Positions 10,280 to 21,364 of a stretch of DNA of 60,330 bases are shown in pieces. The translations under genes and the position numbers were made by a program. The stretch is from an uncultured Alphaproteobacteria bacterium. GTDB lineage: Bacteria; Pseudomonadota; Alphaproteobacteria; Rs-D84; CACZYB01. Location of the stretch: positions 1 through 60,330 of the forward strand of contig CAUUHH010000002.1 in NCBI GenBank assembly GCA_963544995.1, given 5' to 3'. The stretch's first letter is position 1, and every line of letters starts with the position of its first letter. Below the pieces are notes generated by a model that did not search any database, was not told the origin of the DNA, and worked only from the letters and a program-made list of their open reading frames with translations.

Positions 10280-11006
10280 AGTTTTCTTTTGTAAATTCTC
10301 CAGAATAAAAAGTTTTTACTTCTGAATCTATATCAAGTAATAATGCGCCATCATAATTAATTCCAACAAATTTACCAGTAAATATATTATCGTTAAAATT
10401 AAATATTATATTTTCATTTAGTTTATACAAATAAGGAATAATATTTTTTATAATTTTTGAAAAAGTATATTTTTTGCATATGTTTATATTGTTTATTAAA
10501 TTTTTTGTAAAAATATTTAATAAGTCATTTTTTTCTATATAACAGTCCTCAGATAATAGATTGGTTGATGGATATCTGGTGTAATTTCTATCTGGATTAC
10601 TATTTATATTTATACCAATCCCTATTATGGCAAAAAGATCTTCCTTTTCTATTAATATTCCTGATAGTTTTTTATTATTTAGCAAAATATCATTTGGCCA
10701 TTTTAATTTTATATTAATATTGTCAAATTTTTGTGTTATTGTTTCTATTAATGAAATTGCTGTAATAAATGATAATTGGTGAAAGAACTTTTCTTCATTT
10801 TCTTTTAATTTTATAATATATGTAACATATAAATTACCGACAGGACTAATCCAATTAGTATTTTTAGTTGTTTTCCCATTTGTTTGTTTATCAGCAATAA
10901 TGACAGTATTATTTATATTATGATTAGATAACACTAAATTTTTTGCATAAACATTCGTGCTATCAATTTCATTAAAATGTAAAATTTCAAAATTATGTTT
11001 TAACAT
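10266..11006 (-). CDS. birA: Biotin-protein ligase
   Basis: 246 aa. Motifs 'KWPNDILLNNKKLSGILIE' and 'GIGININ'. No N-terminal HTH domain. The glycine-rich loop is divergent. Confidence 0.75.
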   Translation of the reverse strand: MLKHNFEILHFNEIDSTNVYAKNLVLSNHNINNTVIIADKQTNGKTTKNTNWISPVGNLYVTYIIKLKENEEKFFHQLSFITAISLIETITQKFDNINIKLKWPNDILLNNKKLSGILIEKEDLFAIIGIGININSNPDRNYTRYPSTNLLSEDCYIEKNDLLNIFTKNLINNINICKKYTFSKIIKNIIPYLYKLNENIIFNFNDNIFTGKFVGINYDGALLLDIDSEVKTFYSGEFTKENFIDL

Positions 11007-11056
11007 ATTTTTAATAAAAGGTTGTTTTTAACAAAAAATATAAATATTTTAAATAA

Positions 11057-11281
11057 ATGCTAGTAAAATTATTTATATTTATAATAAAAATATATCAAAA
11101 ATTTATTTCTCCTATAATAGGAGGAAGCTATAGGTGTAGGTTTTATCCAAGGTGTTCAGACTATTCTATTGAAGTTTTAAAAACCTTTGGTATATTGAGG
11201 GGAACTTATTTAACCATAAAACGAATTATACGGTGCAATCCATTTTTCAAAGGAGGATTGGATCTGCCACCAAAGAAATAG
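11057..11281 (+). CDS. yidD: Membrane protein insertion efficiency factor YidD
   Basis: 74 aa. '[29 protein letters not shown]' is the typical YidD signature. Lies directly upstream of yidC. Confidence 0.9.
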   Translation: MLVKLFIFIIKIYQKFISPIIGGSYRCRFYPRCSDYSIEVLKTFGILRGTYLTIKRIIRCNPFFKGGLDLPPKK

Positions 11282-11289
11282 GATTTATC

Positions 11290-12942
11290 ATGGAAAAAAA
11301 TATAACACCAAATAATGTTAAAAAAACAGATTTTTTAAGGACATTTTTACTGACTCTTTCAGTATTTTTATTGCTAAATCTAATTTTTGGTAAAAAACCA
11401 GAACCAATAAAGCCAGTTACTTTTAATAAAGAGGCCAATAATTCTAATATAAAAAGAGTTTTACATAAATTTAAAACAGATACCGTATCTGGAAATTTTA
11501 ATTCCAATGGAATAAGAATTGATGATTTTGTATTAAATAAATATAAACAAAATAAATCAAATACATCACCCAATATAGAAATGCTAAATTATTCAAAAAA
11601 TAGCAAAGATAACAGATATATAGAAGTCGGCTTTTTATCGTCTGATGATAAAAATATTTTTCCAGATAGGTTAACTACTTGGAAAGTTATTGAAAAAACA
11701 AATAATTCAATAAAATTATCTTGGTTTAATAAAAATAATATAAAATTTTTAAGAACTATTTTATTAGACGATAAATATATGTTAAGGATAAATGACGAAA
11801 TAATAAATAATTCTAATAATAAAATCGAATTTTATCCATATATTAGAATGGTAAATAACTTTGATATATTAAAACAAGTATTTGCTTCACACCATGGATT
11901 TGTTGGCTTTTTAGGTAACAATTTGTACGAATATGCGTACAAAAGTATGGATACAAAAATTAATGAAATTAATGCTAAAACTGGATGGTTTGGTTTTACG
12001 ACAGATTATTTTATGAATATTTTCATTCCTCAAAATAATGACAAACCATTTACTGTAAGGACATTTGCACTAGATAATGATAAAACTGCAAAAGATGGAA
12101 AATTAATAAAACAATTTCAATCTGATTATATAAGTGAGGCAGTAACCATAGATAAAGAGAAAAGATTTGTTAACAGTTCATTATTTTATATAGGTCCAAA
12201 ACAACAAGAAATAATAAAGGAATATGAAAATAAATATAAGATTGAGAAATTCGATTTATCAATAGATTATGGATACTTTTATATATTAACTAAGCCTTTT
12301 ACAAAAATATTAAAATATCTATATGAATTTACAGGTAATTTTGGCATTGCAATAATAATATTTACTATTTTAATAAGATTACTTTTCTTTCCAATAGTTC
12401 AAAAATCATTTAAGAATATGGCCCTTATGAAAAAACTACAGCCAGAAGTTACCAGAATACAACAGTTATATTCAGGTAATAAACAAATGGCAAGTATTGA
12501 AATTATGATGCTATACAGAAAAAATAAAGTAAATCCTTTATCTGGTTGCTTACCTATTCTATTACAAATTCCAGTATTTTTTTCTTTATATAAAGCATTA
12601 ATTATATCAATAGAAATGAGACATGCTCCATTTATATTATGGATTAATGATTTATCATCTGCAGATACAACAACTATATTTAATTTGTTTGGATTATTGC
12701 CTTTTACTCCATACAAATGGCTTCCAGTTATTGGAATATTACCAATAGTTATGGGAATAACTATATATCTACAACAAAAAATGCAACCAATTGTTGCAAA
12801 TATGGATAAGGTCCAATTAAGAATATTAAAATTCTTTCCTATATTTTTAGTATTTATTTTTGCAAAATTCCCTGCAGGACTTTTAATTTACTGGATAGTG
12901 AATAACATATTAAGTATACTACAGCAAAGATTAATTAAATGA
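11290..12942 (+). CDS. yidC: Membrane protein insertase YidC
   Basis: Large periplasmic domain plus the conserved C-terminal 60-kDa insertase core ('GCLPILLQIPVFFSLY'). ATG 11290 follows the yidD stop; the track start 11233 would overlap yidD by 49 nt. Confidence 0.9.
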   Translation: MEKNITPNNVKKTDFLRTFLLTLSVFLLLNLIFGKKPEPIKPVTFNKEANNSNIKRVLHKFKTDTVSGNFNSNGIRIDDFVLNKYKQNKSNTSPNIEMLNYSKNSKDNRYIEVGFLSSDDKNIFPDRLTTWKVIEKTNNSIKLSWFNKNNIKFLRTILLDDKYMLRINDEIINNSNNKIEFYPYIRMVNNFDILKQVFASHHGFVGFLGNNLYEYAYKSMDTKINEINAKTGWFGFTTDYFMNIFIPQNNDKPFTVRTFALDNDKTAKDGKLIKQFQSDYISEAVTIDKEKRFVNSSLFYIGPKQQEIIKEYENKYKIEKFDLSIDYGYFYILTKPFTKILKYLYEFTGNFGIAIIIFTILIRLLFFPIVQKSFKNMALMKKLQPEVTRIQQLYSGNKQMASIEIMMLYRKNKVNPLSGCLPILLQIPVFFSLYKALIISIEMRHAPFILWINDLSSADTTTIFNLFGLLPFTPYKWLPVIGILPIVMGITIYLQQKMQPIVANMDKVQLRILKFFPIFLVFIFAKFPAGLLIYWIVNNILSILQQRLIK

Positions 12943-13541
12943 AATTAAAAGAATTTTATAATAAAAAACCTGTATTTATAGGAAGTTTTCCATCTATATC
13001 AGATATTCCTTATACAAAGTTAAATGAAATTGCATTTATAGGAAGATCTAATGTCGGAAAATCATCTCTTATAAATGCTATTTTTTCATCCCCTATTGCT
13101 AAAACATCATCTACTCCCGGTAGAACACAAATGCTAAATTTTTTTAATATGCAAAATGTAATAATGATAGTTGATTTACCAGGGTATGGTTTTGCTAAAG
13201 CCCCCAAAGATATTGTAAAAAAATGGAATAACAATGTTAATTTATATTTAAAAGGTAGATCACAATTAAAAAGAGTGTTTTTATTAATAGATGCAAGGCA
13301 CAGTATAAAAGATATAGATTTAAAAATGATGAAAATGCTAGATGATAATGCTGTAAATTATCAAATAGTTATAACAAAATTAGATAAAATAGCCTTAAAA
13401 GATATAGATAAAGTTATAAAAGATATAGATGATATATATAAACAACATCCAGCTATGCACCCAATTATTTTAAAAACTAGTAGTCAAAATGGTGATGGAT
13501 TATTAGAAATCCGTGGAGAAATTTTTGATTTAACAAAATAA
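12939..13541 (+). CDS. engB: Ribosome biogenesis GTPase YihA/EngB
   Basis: 200 aa. G1 'GRSNVGKSSLINA', 'DLPGYG', 'TKLDK'. 4-nt overlap with yidC. Confidence 0.9.
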   Translation: MKLKEFYNKKPVFIGSFPSISDIPYTKLNEIAFIGRSNVGKSSLINAIFSSPIAKTSSTPGRTQMLNFFNMQNVIMIVDLPGYGFAKAPKDIVKKWNNNVNLYLKGRSQLKRVFLLIDARHSIKDIDLKMMKMLDDNAVNYQIVITKLDKIALKDIDKVIKDIDDIYKQHPAMHPIILKTSSQNGDGLLEIRGEIFDLTK

Positions 13542-13621
13542 TATCTTTTGTATAAAATATATTGACAAAATAAAAAATTTCGTATAAAAATTATATCAAA
13601 TAAGAATAAGGAGTAGTTTTT

Positions 13622-14524
13622 ATGAGATTTTTTATAAGATCTATTATAATTTACAGCATATTATTTTCTTTAAATAATTCTGCAAATAGCAGTAAATTAT
13701 ATGCTATGCAAAATTCCAATGATAGATTATTTTTAGCAAAGGAAGATAAAGATATTGAAGAAAAAAACACAAAAGAAAATATAAATAATAAAAAAGATAA
13801 AATAGAATATAGACAAAAATATTTATATGCTTCTGCTTCAATTGGATATTTTTTACCAAAAAATAATATGAATTTCTATGATATGGAAGATTGTGGCGGT
13901 CCATATAATGCAGATTTTATATGCAATAGTAGAAAAGATAGACCTATATCTGCGACTTATGATAATAATTACTTTTTATCTGCAGCATTTGGTATAAATT
14001 CTGAAACTTTTTTAAGATTTGAATTTTCTTATTTACAATTATTAAAAAAATTAAATATAGAAGGTGTTAATAGAGTAGGTGTAGATAACAGAAAATATTT
14101 CAGCAATATAAAATTAAATACCAGTAGTATAAATGTATATTTTGATTTTATTAATAGAAGAAACGAACCATATTCAGTATTTGTTCCATATATGATGGCA
14201 GGTATCGGTTTAAGTAATATTAGACTTAATGATTTTACATTTACAGGAACAATGGATAAGAAATATACTGTATTTGGTAAAAAACAGGAAAATAAAACAA
14301 TAATATATGGATTTGGACTTACCGCTGGTATAAACAGTTATATATCTATGGATATTGGATATCGTTATTATGATTTTGATACAATAAAAACTGATATAGT
14401 TACACAAGAGGAAGAAACTATACCAGGCCCACCTCCAAGTGTTAATACAAATAACTTTGATATAGGATTAAAGTCTCATTTAAGAGCAAATACTATAATG
14501 ATAACAGGTAAAATACAGATATAA
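13622..14524 (+). CDS. Putative outer-membrane beta-barrel protein (porin-family-like)
   Basis: 300 aa with a signal peptide and alternating-hydrophobicity strands rich in Y/F/G ('GFGLTAGINSYISMDIGYRYY'). RBS AAGGAG. Family not certain. Confidence 0.5.
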   Translation: MRFFIRSIIIYSILFSLNNSANSSKLYAMQNSNDRLFLAKEDKDIEEKNTKENINNKKDKIEYRQKYLYASASIGYFLPKNNMNFYDMEDCGGPYNADFICNSRKDRPISATYDNNYFLSAAFGINSETFLRFEFSYLQLLKKLNIEGVNRVGVDNRKYFSNIKLNTSSINVYFDFINRRNEPYSVFVPYMMAGIGLSNIRLNDFTFTGTMDKKYTVFGKKQENKTIIYGFGLTAGINSYISMDIGYRYYDFDTIKTDIVTQEEETIPGPPPSVNTNNFDIGLKSHLRANTIMITGKIQI

Positions 14525-14554
14525 AAATAGTGAGGATACAACCTCACTATTTTT
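14523..14554. terminator. Bidirectional hairpin terminator between convergent genes
   Basis: ATAGTGAGG(14527-35)-ATACAA-CCTCACTAT(14542-50), flanked by an A-run and a T-run. Sits between the OMP gene stop (14524) and the leuS stop (14556). Confidence 0.75.
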
Positions 14555-14555
14555 A

Positions 14556-16958
14556 TTATACAACTATATTAACTAACTTATCTTTTACTATAATAAATTT
14601 CTTTATCTCTTTATCTTTTATATATAAATTAATAGCAGGAATATTTTTTACCTTTTCTTTAATTTCGTTATCAGACAATGATCTATCCAAATCTATCTCA
14701 GCTCTCTTTTTCCCATTCACAGAAACAACTAAATGTATTTTATCTAAAATCAAAGAATTTTCATCATGATTAGGCCAATTTTCAAAAGTAATAGTTTTAT
14801 TATGACCAAGTATCTGCCAAACTTCTTCCGCAATATGAGGAGCAAAAGGATAAATCAATTTAGCCATAATTTCTAACATATAAACTGGAATACTTTTCAT
14901 ATCTGTCATATAGTTACAATAAACCATAAGTGATGATATAGCTGTATTAAACTTCATACTCTCTATTCTTTCACTTACTTCTTTAATAGTTTGATTTAAA
15001 ATAAAATTATCAGCTTTTGAAATATCAACATGTCCAACTTTATTTGTTAAATCATAAACTCTATTTAAAAATCTATAAATCCCAATCATTGAACTAGTAG
15101 ACCACATAGCCGCTTGATCAAACGGTCCTATAAACATTTCATAAACACGAAGAGTATCTGCCCCATATTGAGAAACTATGTCATCAGGATTTATTACATT
15201 TCCTTTTGATTTACTCATTTTTTCACCATTTTCAGCAAGTATCATCCCATGTAAAGACCTCTTTTTATATGGTTCATCAAATGGAACTAATCCCATATCA
15301 AATAAAGTTTTATGCCAAAAACGAGAATATAATAAATGTCTTGTAATATGTTCCGCACCACCTTCATACCAATCTACTTGTCCCCAATATTTAAGAGCTT
15401 CCTGTGATGCAAATTCATTTTTATTACGTGGATCCATATACCTTAAATAATACCATGATGATCCAGCCCAATTTGGCATAGTGTCAGTTTCTCTAACTGC
15501 ATGCCCTTTACACTTAGGGCAAGTAGTATTTATCCAATCAGTTGCCTTTGCAAGAGGGGATAATCCTTCATCAGTTGGCATATAATCATCTACATCAGGA
15601 AGTAATAAAGGTAACTCTGAAACAGGAAGTGGTACCCAACCACACTTTTCACAATATACCATAGGTATTGGTTCCCCCCAATATCTCTGTCTCGTAAAAA
15701 TCCAATCTTTCATCTTATATTTTACAGACTTAACACCAAATCCCATTGATTCAATTTTTGAATTAATTATTTCAATAGCCTCATCATACTCTTTGTCATT
15801 TAAAAACTCTGAATTTATATACGTCCCCTTTTTATCAGTATATGGTAAACTGCTATTTTTAATATCATTTATAACAGGGATAATAGGAAGTTTAAATTTC
15901 ACAGCAAAGTCATAATCTCGTTCATCATGCGCTGGTACTGCCATAACGGCACCAGTTCCATATTCCATCAAAACATAATCAGAGACAAAAACAGGGATAA
16001 GCTTATTGGTAAACGGATGGATAACAGATATACCATCTATTTTGAGACCTGTTTTATCTTTATTTAATTCTACACGTTCGAAATCTGTTTTTGCTGAAGA
16101 ACTAGATTTATAATTTAATATTTCATCAATATTACTTATTTTATCTTTTAATTTCTCTAAAACAGGGTGTTCTGGTGCAATAACTAAATAACTAACACCA
16201 AATATAGTATCAGGTCTAGTTGTATATACTTTTAATTTTTCATTAGTTCCATTTATATCAAAATTTATTTCCATGCCGGATGATTTTCCTATCCAATTAG
16301 ATTGCATCTTTTTAACATTATCTGGAAAATCAACAGTTTTAAGGCCATCTAACAATTTATCAGAATAAGATTGCATTTTTAAAATCCATGCAGATTTTTT
16401 CTTTTTAACAACCTCACTTCCACATCTTTCGCAATGTCCTTTTTCTAACTCTTCATTTGAAATTCCTATCTTACATTCCGGACACCAAAATATTGTTTCT
16501 TCACCTTTATATGCCAAACCATTATTAAACATCTGAATAAACATCCACTGCGTCCATTTATAATAATCTGGATCAGTCGTATTAACAGTACCTTTCCAAT
16601 TAAATGAGTATCCAAGAGATTTAAGTTGTCTTGTAAAAGTTTCTACATTAATTTTGGTAGCAACAGCAGGATGTATTCCTGATTTTATAGCATATCTTTC
16701 TGTTGGCAATCCAAACGCATCAAATCCTATTGGAAAAAGAACATTATATCCTTCCATTCTTCTTTTCCTCGCAATAATATCCATTGCAGTAAAAGATCGA
16801 GGATGTCCGACATGAAGTCCAGCACCAGATGGATATGGAAACTCTACAAGTGCATAAAACTTTTTTTTATTTTTATCTATTTTAACATTAAATATATCAG
16901 TTTCTTCCCATATTTTTTGCCACTTTTTTTCTATATTTTTAAAATCATAATTAGACAT
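14556..16958 (-). CDS. leuS: Leucyl-tRNA synthetase
   Basis: 800 aa. 'HVGHP' (HIGH) and 'KMSKSKGN' (KMSKS), plus the CP1 editing domain. Confidence 0.95.
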   Translation of the reverse strand: MSNYDFKNIEKKWQKIWEETDIFNVKIDKNKKKFYALVEFPYPSGAGLHVGHPRSFTAMDIIARKRRMEGYNVLFPIGFDAFGLPTERYAIKSGIHPAVATKINVETFTRQLKSLGYSFNWKGTVNTTDPDYYKWTQWMFIQMFNNGLAYKGEETIFWCPECKIGISNEELEKGHCERCGSEVVKKKKSAWILKMQSYSDKLLDGLKTVDFPDNVKKMQSNWIGKSSGMEINFDINGTNEKLKVYTTRPDTIFGVSYLVIAPEHPVLEKLKDKISNIDEILNYKSSSSAKTDFERVELNKDKTGLKIDGISVIHPFTNKLIPVFVSDYVLMEYGTGAVMAVPAHDERDYDFAVKFKLPIIPVINDIKNSSLPYTDKKGTYINSEFLNDKEYDEAIEIINSKIESMGFGVKSVKYKMKDWIFTRQRYWGEPIPMVYCEKCGWVPLPVSELPLLLPDVDDYMPTDEGLSPLAKATDWINTTCPKCKGHAVRETDTMPNWAGSSWYYLRYMDPRNKNEFASQEALKYWGQVDWYEGGAEHITRHLLYSRFWHKTLFDMGLVPFDEPYKKRSLHGMILAENGEKMSKSKGNVINPDDIVSQYGADTLRVYEMFIGPFDQAAMWSTSSMIGIYRFLNRVYDLTNKVGHVDISKADNFILNQTIKEVSERIESMKFNTAISSLMVYCNYMTDMKSIPVYMLEIMAKLIYPFAPHIAEEVWQILGHNKTITFENWPNHDENSLILDKIHLVVSVNGKKRAEIDLDRSLSDNEIKEKVKNIPAINLYIKDKEIKKFIIVKDKLVNIVV

Positions 16959-17087
16959 ATTAACCTCATAACAAAAAGAAAAAATTCAAACAGTTTTCTT
17001 ATTTACAAATAATTTTTCAAGATATACACTGAAATTAATATATTATTAAAAACTTTTAAAAGTCAATTAAATTTATAGAGGCATTAA

Positions 17088-18200
17088 ATGATAAATAATT
17101 TATATAATAAATATAATAACAGTAAATTAGGCCAGCAAAAAAAATCTGTGCAATTTGTCCTTATAATTATACTTTTCATAATATTATGGTTTATAATAGG
17201 AATATTATTTGGGCATAAAAAAGCAGAAGAAGTAAAGCAACCCAGCATTGTTAATGTCGATGTAGAAACATTAAAGCAAAAGAGTATAGTATCTAATATA
17301 ATCATATATGGACAAACAAAAGCCAGTGAAAAAATTACTTTAAAAAGTAGAACTTCAGGAATAGTAGAAAAAATATACAAACATAAAGGAGAATATGTTA
17401 AAAAAGGAGAAACAATATTTAAACTTAAAATAGAAGATAGAAATGAAAAATTAAATGCAGCTATTGCTATGAAACAAAAGGCAGAAATTGCATATAAAAC
17501 TGCTGAAAATTTATTAAACCAAAATCTTATATCAAAAATGGATTTTATTTCAAGTAAAGCTTCATTTGAAGAGGCTAATGCAACAGTATCTAAAATTAGA
17601 TTAGATATTGATTATACAAATATAAAAGCTCCATTTGATGGAATAGTTGATGATTTATTTGTAGAAGAAGGTGGATATGTATCCAGTATGACTAGGGAAA
17701 ATGAAATAGGAACATTTGTTAATTTAGATCCTGTAAAAATAAGTGCAGATATTCCAGAAAAATATATTAACAGAATATCGAAAGGAGTTGTTGCTAAAGT
17801 GACTCTTTCAAACAATTCAATAGTTGATGGTTTATTAACATATATTGGCTCTGTTGCAAATACATCTACCAGAACATTTAATATAGAGTTAGAAGCAAAT
17901 AATAAAGATATGAAAATTGTTGAAGGTATGACAGCAGAAATAAGTTTGCCACTTAATAGTATTTTTGCTAGCAAGTTAAGTGTATCTTCATGCTTAACTT
18001 TTGGAGATGATGGTTCAATAGGGGTAAAAACGATAAATGATAAAAATATTGTTGGTTTTTATCCTGTAGAGATAGTTAAAGAAGAAGATAAAGGACTTTG
18101 GGTTTCGGGCCTTCCAAATATTGCTAATGTGATTATTGGTGGTGGAGAGTTCGTAAAGATAGGTAACAAGGTTAATCCAAAATTCATAAATAATAAATAG
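17088..18200 (+). CDS. RND efflux periplasmic adaptor (membrane fusion protein)
   Basis: 370 aa. N-terminal TM anchor, lipoyl/coiled-coil/beta-barrel pattern ('IKAPFDGIV'). Immediately upstream of the RND permease. Confidence 0.8.
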   Translation: MINNLYNKYNNSKLGQQKKSVQFVLIIILFIILWFIIGILFGHKKAEEVKQPSIVNVDVETLKQKSIVSNIIIYGQTKASEKITLKSRTSGIVEKIYKHKGEYVKKGETIFKLKIEDRNEKLNAAIAMKQKAEIAYKTAENLLNQNLISKMDFISSKASFEEANATVSKIRLDIDYTNIKAPFDGIVDDLFVEEGGYVSSMTRENEIGTFVNLDPVKISADIPEKYINRISKGVVAKVTLSNNSIVDGLLTYIGSVANTSTRTFNIELEANNKDMKIVEGMTAEISLPLNSIFASKLSVSSCLTFGDDGSIGVKTINDKNIVGFYPVEIVKEEDKGLWVSGLPNIANVIIGGGEFVKIGNKVNPKFINNK

Positions 18201-18220
18201 TTTAATTAATAGGTGCTAAT

Positions 18221-21200
18221 ATGTCTTTAATAAAAACAGCAATGAATAAAACTAGAATTTTTCTTTTTAGTTTATTTATGTTAACAGTTTTAGGATTAAA
18301 TACTTACATAAAAATGCCTAAAGAATCTTTCCCAGATGTAAATATTCCAAGGATGATAGTTACAGTAAAATATACAGGAATATCTCCAGAAGATGGAGAA
18401 AGGCTCTTAGCAAAACCTCTTGAAAAAGAATTTAAAACAGTTACCGGTTTAAAAGAGATGAATACAAAATGTTACGAAGGATATTGTCGTACCATTTTAG
18501 AGTTTAATGCTGGATATAATGTTGATAAGGGACTCCGCGAAACAAAAGATGCTGTTGATAATGCAAAATCCAGTATGCCAAAGGATATAGAGGAACCAAT
18601 AATAAAAGAAATAAATACATCAGAATTTGCAATAGCAATAGTTAACATATACGGTTCTGCTCCTGAAAAGACTTTAATGAATATTGCAAATGAGTTGCAA
18701 GATGCTTTAGAGGGTATTCCAGGAGTATTAGAAGCAGATATTGGCGGTAAAAGAAAAGAACAAGGAGAAATTTTAATAAATCCAGCAAAATTAAATTCAT
18801 ATAAAATTTCAATAAATAATATAGGTGCATTTTTTTCTGGCTCTAATATACTTGTTCCCGCTGGTAATATTGAATCAGAAAAAGGTTCATTTCCAATAAA
18901 GGTTCCTGGGTTAATTGAAAATGTAGAAGATATATTAAATCTTCCAGTAAAGGTTAATGGAGATGCAGTTATAAAATTATCTGATATAGCTGATGTTAAA
19001 AGAAATTTTGCAAATGCTACAGAATATGTGCGTATGAATAAAGAACCAGCATTATCTCTTGAAATAAAAAAAAGATCAGGTGCAAATACAATAGAAACTG
19101 TTGAAGAAGTAAAAAAAGTATTAAAAGAAGCTGAATCTATTCTTCCAAATAATGTTGTTTTAAGATTAACAAATAATTCTGCAGAAACTATTAAAAACAA
19201 TCTTATTGATTTACAAAATAATGTTATATCATCAATAATATTGGTAATGATCTGTGTAGTTTTAATGCTGGGTGTTAGAACAGGGTTGCTAGTTGGACTT
19301 TCTATTCCTGCGTCATTTTTAATAGGAATATTATTTTTGGGAGCAATAGGTGTAAGTATAAATATGGTTGTTTTATTCGGGTTAATACTGGCTGTTGGTA
19401 TGTTGGTCGATGGAGCAATAGTTATAACCGAATATGCAGATAAAAAAATGACAGAAGGATTAAATAGACAGGATGCTTATGCAGAAGCATCAAGTCGTAT
19501 GGCTGTATCTGTTATTGCATCAACGGCAACTACTCTTATTGCATTTTCACCATTGTTATTTTGGCCTGGTATTATGGGTGAATTTATGAAATATTTACCT
19601 TTAACTGTTATATGTATATTAAGTGCATCATTACTTGTTGCTTTGGTTTTTGTGCCAATACTTGGTGCTTTATTTGGAAAGGCAGGAAGTATAACAGATG
19701 AGGAAAAAGAGTTAACACTTGCATCAGAAACAGGAAATTATCATAAATTAAAAGGTTATATGAAGACTTATTATAATATACTTACTTGGGCTTTAAAACG
19801 TCCATGGAAAGTTATTGTAGGAATCTTTGGCGTTTTAATATTGTCATTTTTTACATATGGAATATTTGGAGTAGGAGTTGAATTTTTCCCAGATTTAGGT
19901 TCAGATTTTATCAATATCAATATACATGGCAGAGGTAATTTATCAATAGATGAAAAATCAAAATATATATCAGAAGTTGAAAATAAAGTATTCAAAATGC
20001 CTTATTTTAAAAATGTTTATTCCAGAAGCGGAGCAAGATCTTATAATGCAAGTGAAGATGTTATTGGTTATATACAGGTTGAATTAAAAGACTGGCAAGA
20101 AAGACCTCATTCAAAAGTTGTAATTGAAAAATTAAAAAATAAATTAAAAGATACATCTGGTGTATTGGTTGAGGTTTTAAAACAGGATAAAGGACCAGTT
20201 TCTGGAAAACCTATACAAATAGAAATATCTTCATCAACAGATGATCATAAAATACTGGAAAGTGGATTAAAGTATATTCACACAGCTATGAATAAAATTG
20301 GTGATTTTATCGATATAGAAGATACATCAGATTTGCCAGGTATTCAGTGGCAAATGCAAATAAATAAATCTCAAGCTGCAAAATTCGGTGTAAATATATC
20401 ATCTATTGGTGCAATAGTTCAAATGATAACAAGGGGGGCAATAGTATCAAAATACAGGCCTATTGATAGTGACGATGAGTTAGATATAGTCGTAAGATTC
20501 CCTAAAAAATTTAGAGCTTTGGAAATGATAGATAATCTTTATGTCGTTGTTGCATCTGGCGCATCTGTTCCTATATCAACTTTTGTAAAGGTTATTCCTA
20601 CACCAAAAGTAAATATGATACAAAGGATAGATGGTAAAAGGATTCTAAAGGTATCAGCAAAGGTAAAAGAAGGTGTTTTTGCTGCTGAAAAAATAAAAGC
20701 TTTGAAAAAGTATTATAAAGCAAATCCTCTTCCAAAAGGAGTAAGGATAGCTTTAAAAGGGCAAGATGAAGATAGTAAGGAAAATTCTGCATTCATTGGT
20801 CGTGCATTTATGGCAGCAGTATTTTTTATGGGATTCATACTATTGCTACAATTTAACAGTTTTTATTCAACATTTATGATTCTTTTTTCAATATTACTTT
20901 CTATGATTGGCGTTATTTTAGGATTGGTTATTACAAGAGACCCATTTTCAATAGTTATGACTGGACTTGCTGTTGTATCTCTTGCAGGAATAGTCGTGAA
21001 TAATAATATAGTATTAATTGATGCTTTTGATGAAATAAAACAAAAAATTTCAGACCCGGTTGATGCAGTAATAAGAACAGGTCTTCAAAGACTTCGTCCA
21101 GTTTACTTAACAACAACTACTACTATATTAGGTTTGGTTCCTATGGCATTAAAATTAAATATGGATTTTGTTAACGCTGATATAACAATAGGTGCTCCAT

Positions 21201-21364
21201 CTATGGATATGTGGTCTGCTTTTTCTAAATCTGTTATTTTTGGTTTAGGATTCGCAACTATTTTAACATTGGTTGTAACACCATGTATGCTACTTGTTGG
21301 TGTAAGGATGAGAAAACAATTCAAAGATTGGTGGCAAAGAAAAGTTTTAGCAAAATTTAGCTAG
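18221..21364 (+). CDS. RND efflux permease, AcrB/AcrD/AcrF family
   Basis: 1047 aa. 12-TM architecture with two large periplasmic loops and typical TM4 'GLILAVGMLVDGAIV'. Confidence 0.9.
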   Translation: MSLIKTAMNKTRIFLFSLFMLTVLGLNTYIKMPKESFPDVNIPRMIVTVKYTGISPEDGERLLAKPLEKEFKTVTGLKEMNTKCYEGYCRTILEFNAGYNVDKGLRETKDAVDNAKSSMPKDIEEPIIKEINTSEFAIAIVNIYGSAPEKTLMNIANELQDALEGIPGVLEADIGGKRKEQGEILINPAKLNSYKISINNIGAFFSGSNILVPAGNIESEKGSFPIKVPGLIENVEDILNLPVKVNGDAVIKLSDIADVKRNFANATEYVRMNKEPALSLEIKKRSGANTIETVEEVKKVLKEAESILPNNVVLRLTNNSAETIKNNLIDLQNNVISSIILVMICVVLMLGVRTGLLVGLSIPASFLIGILFLGAIGVSINMVVLFGLILAVGMLVDGAIVITEYADKKMTEGLNRQDAYAEASSRMAVSVIASTATTLIAFSPLLFWPGIMGEFMKYLPLTVICILSASLLVALVFVPILGALFGKAGSITDEEKELTLASETGNYHKLKGYMKTYYNILTWALKRPWKVIVGIFGVLILSFFTYGIFGVGVEFFPDLGSDFININIHGRGNLSIDEKSKYISEVENKVFKMPYFKNVYSRSGARSYNASEDVIGYIQVELKDWQERPHSKVVIEKLKNKLKDTSGVLVEVLKQDKGPVSGKPIQIEISSSTDDHKILESGLKYIHTAMNKIGDFIDIEDTSDLPGIQWQMQINKSQAAKFGVNISSIGAIVQMITRGAIVSKYRPIDSDDELDIVVRFPKKFRALEMIDNLYVVVASGASVPISTFVKVIPTPKVNMIQRIDGKRILKVSAKVKEGVFAAEKIKALKKYYKANPLPKGVRIALKGQDEDSKENSAFIGRAFMAAVFFMGFILLLQFNSFYSTFMILFSILLSMIGVILGLVITRDPFSIVMTGLAVVSLAGIVVNNNIVLIDAFDEIKQKISDPVDAVIRTGLQRLRPVYLTTTTTILGLVPMALKLNMDFVNADITIGAPSMDMWSAFSKSVIFGLGFATILTLVVTPCMLLVGVRMRKQFKDWWQRKVLAKFS

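Noticed and set aside
11233-11289. N-terminally extended starts in the ORF track (yidC 11233, comM 37104, rpiB 43244, lepA 55504, secreted protein 9522, kinase 8609).
   Set aside because: The extensions overlap upstream genes or add residues before recognisable N-termini or signal peptides. Downstream ATGs have better SD spacing. Refined starts are used in the feature list.
18472-19200. Long antisense ORFs in the track (for example 18472-19200, 47792-48613, 39584-40039, 59281-59691, 17612-17974, 55872-56246, 40153-40521).
   Set aside because: Each lies opposite a full-length, motif-supported housekeeping gene. None has an RBS, and all translate to low-complexity S/F/I/L-rich sequence, as expected from the complement of AT-rich codon usage. 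I treat them as frame shadows, not genes.
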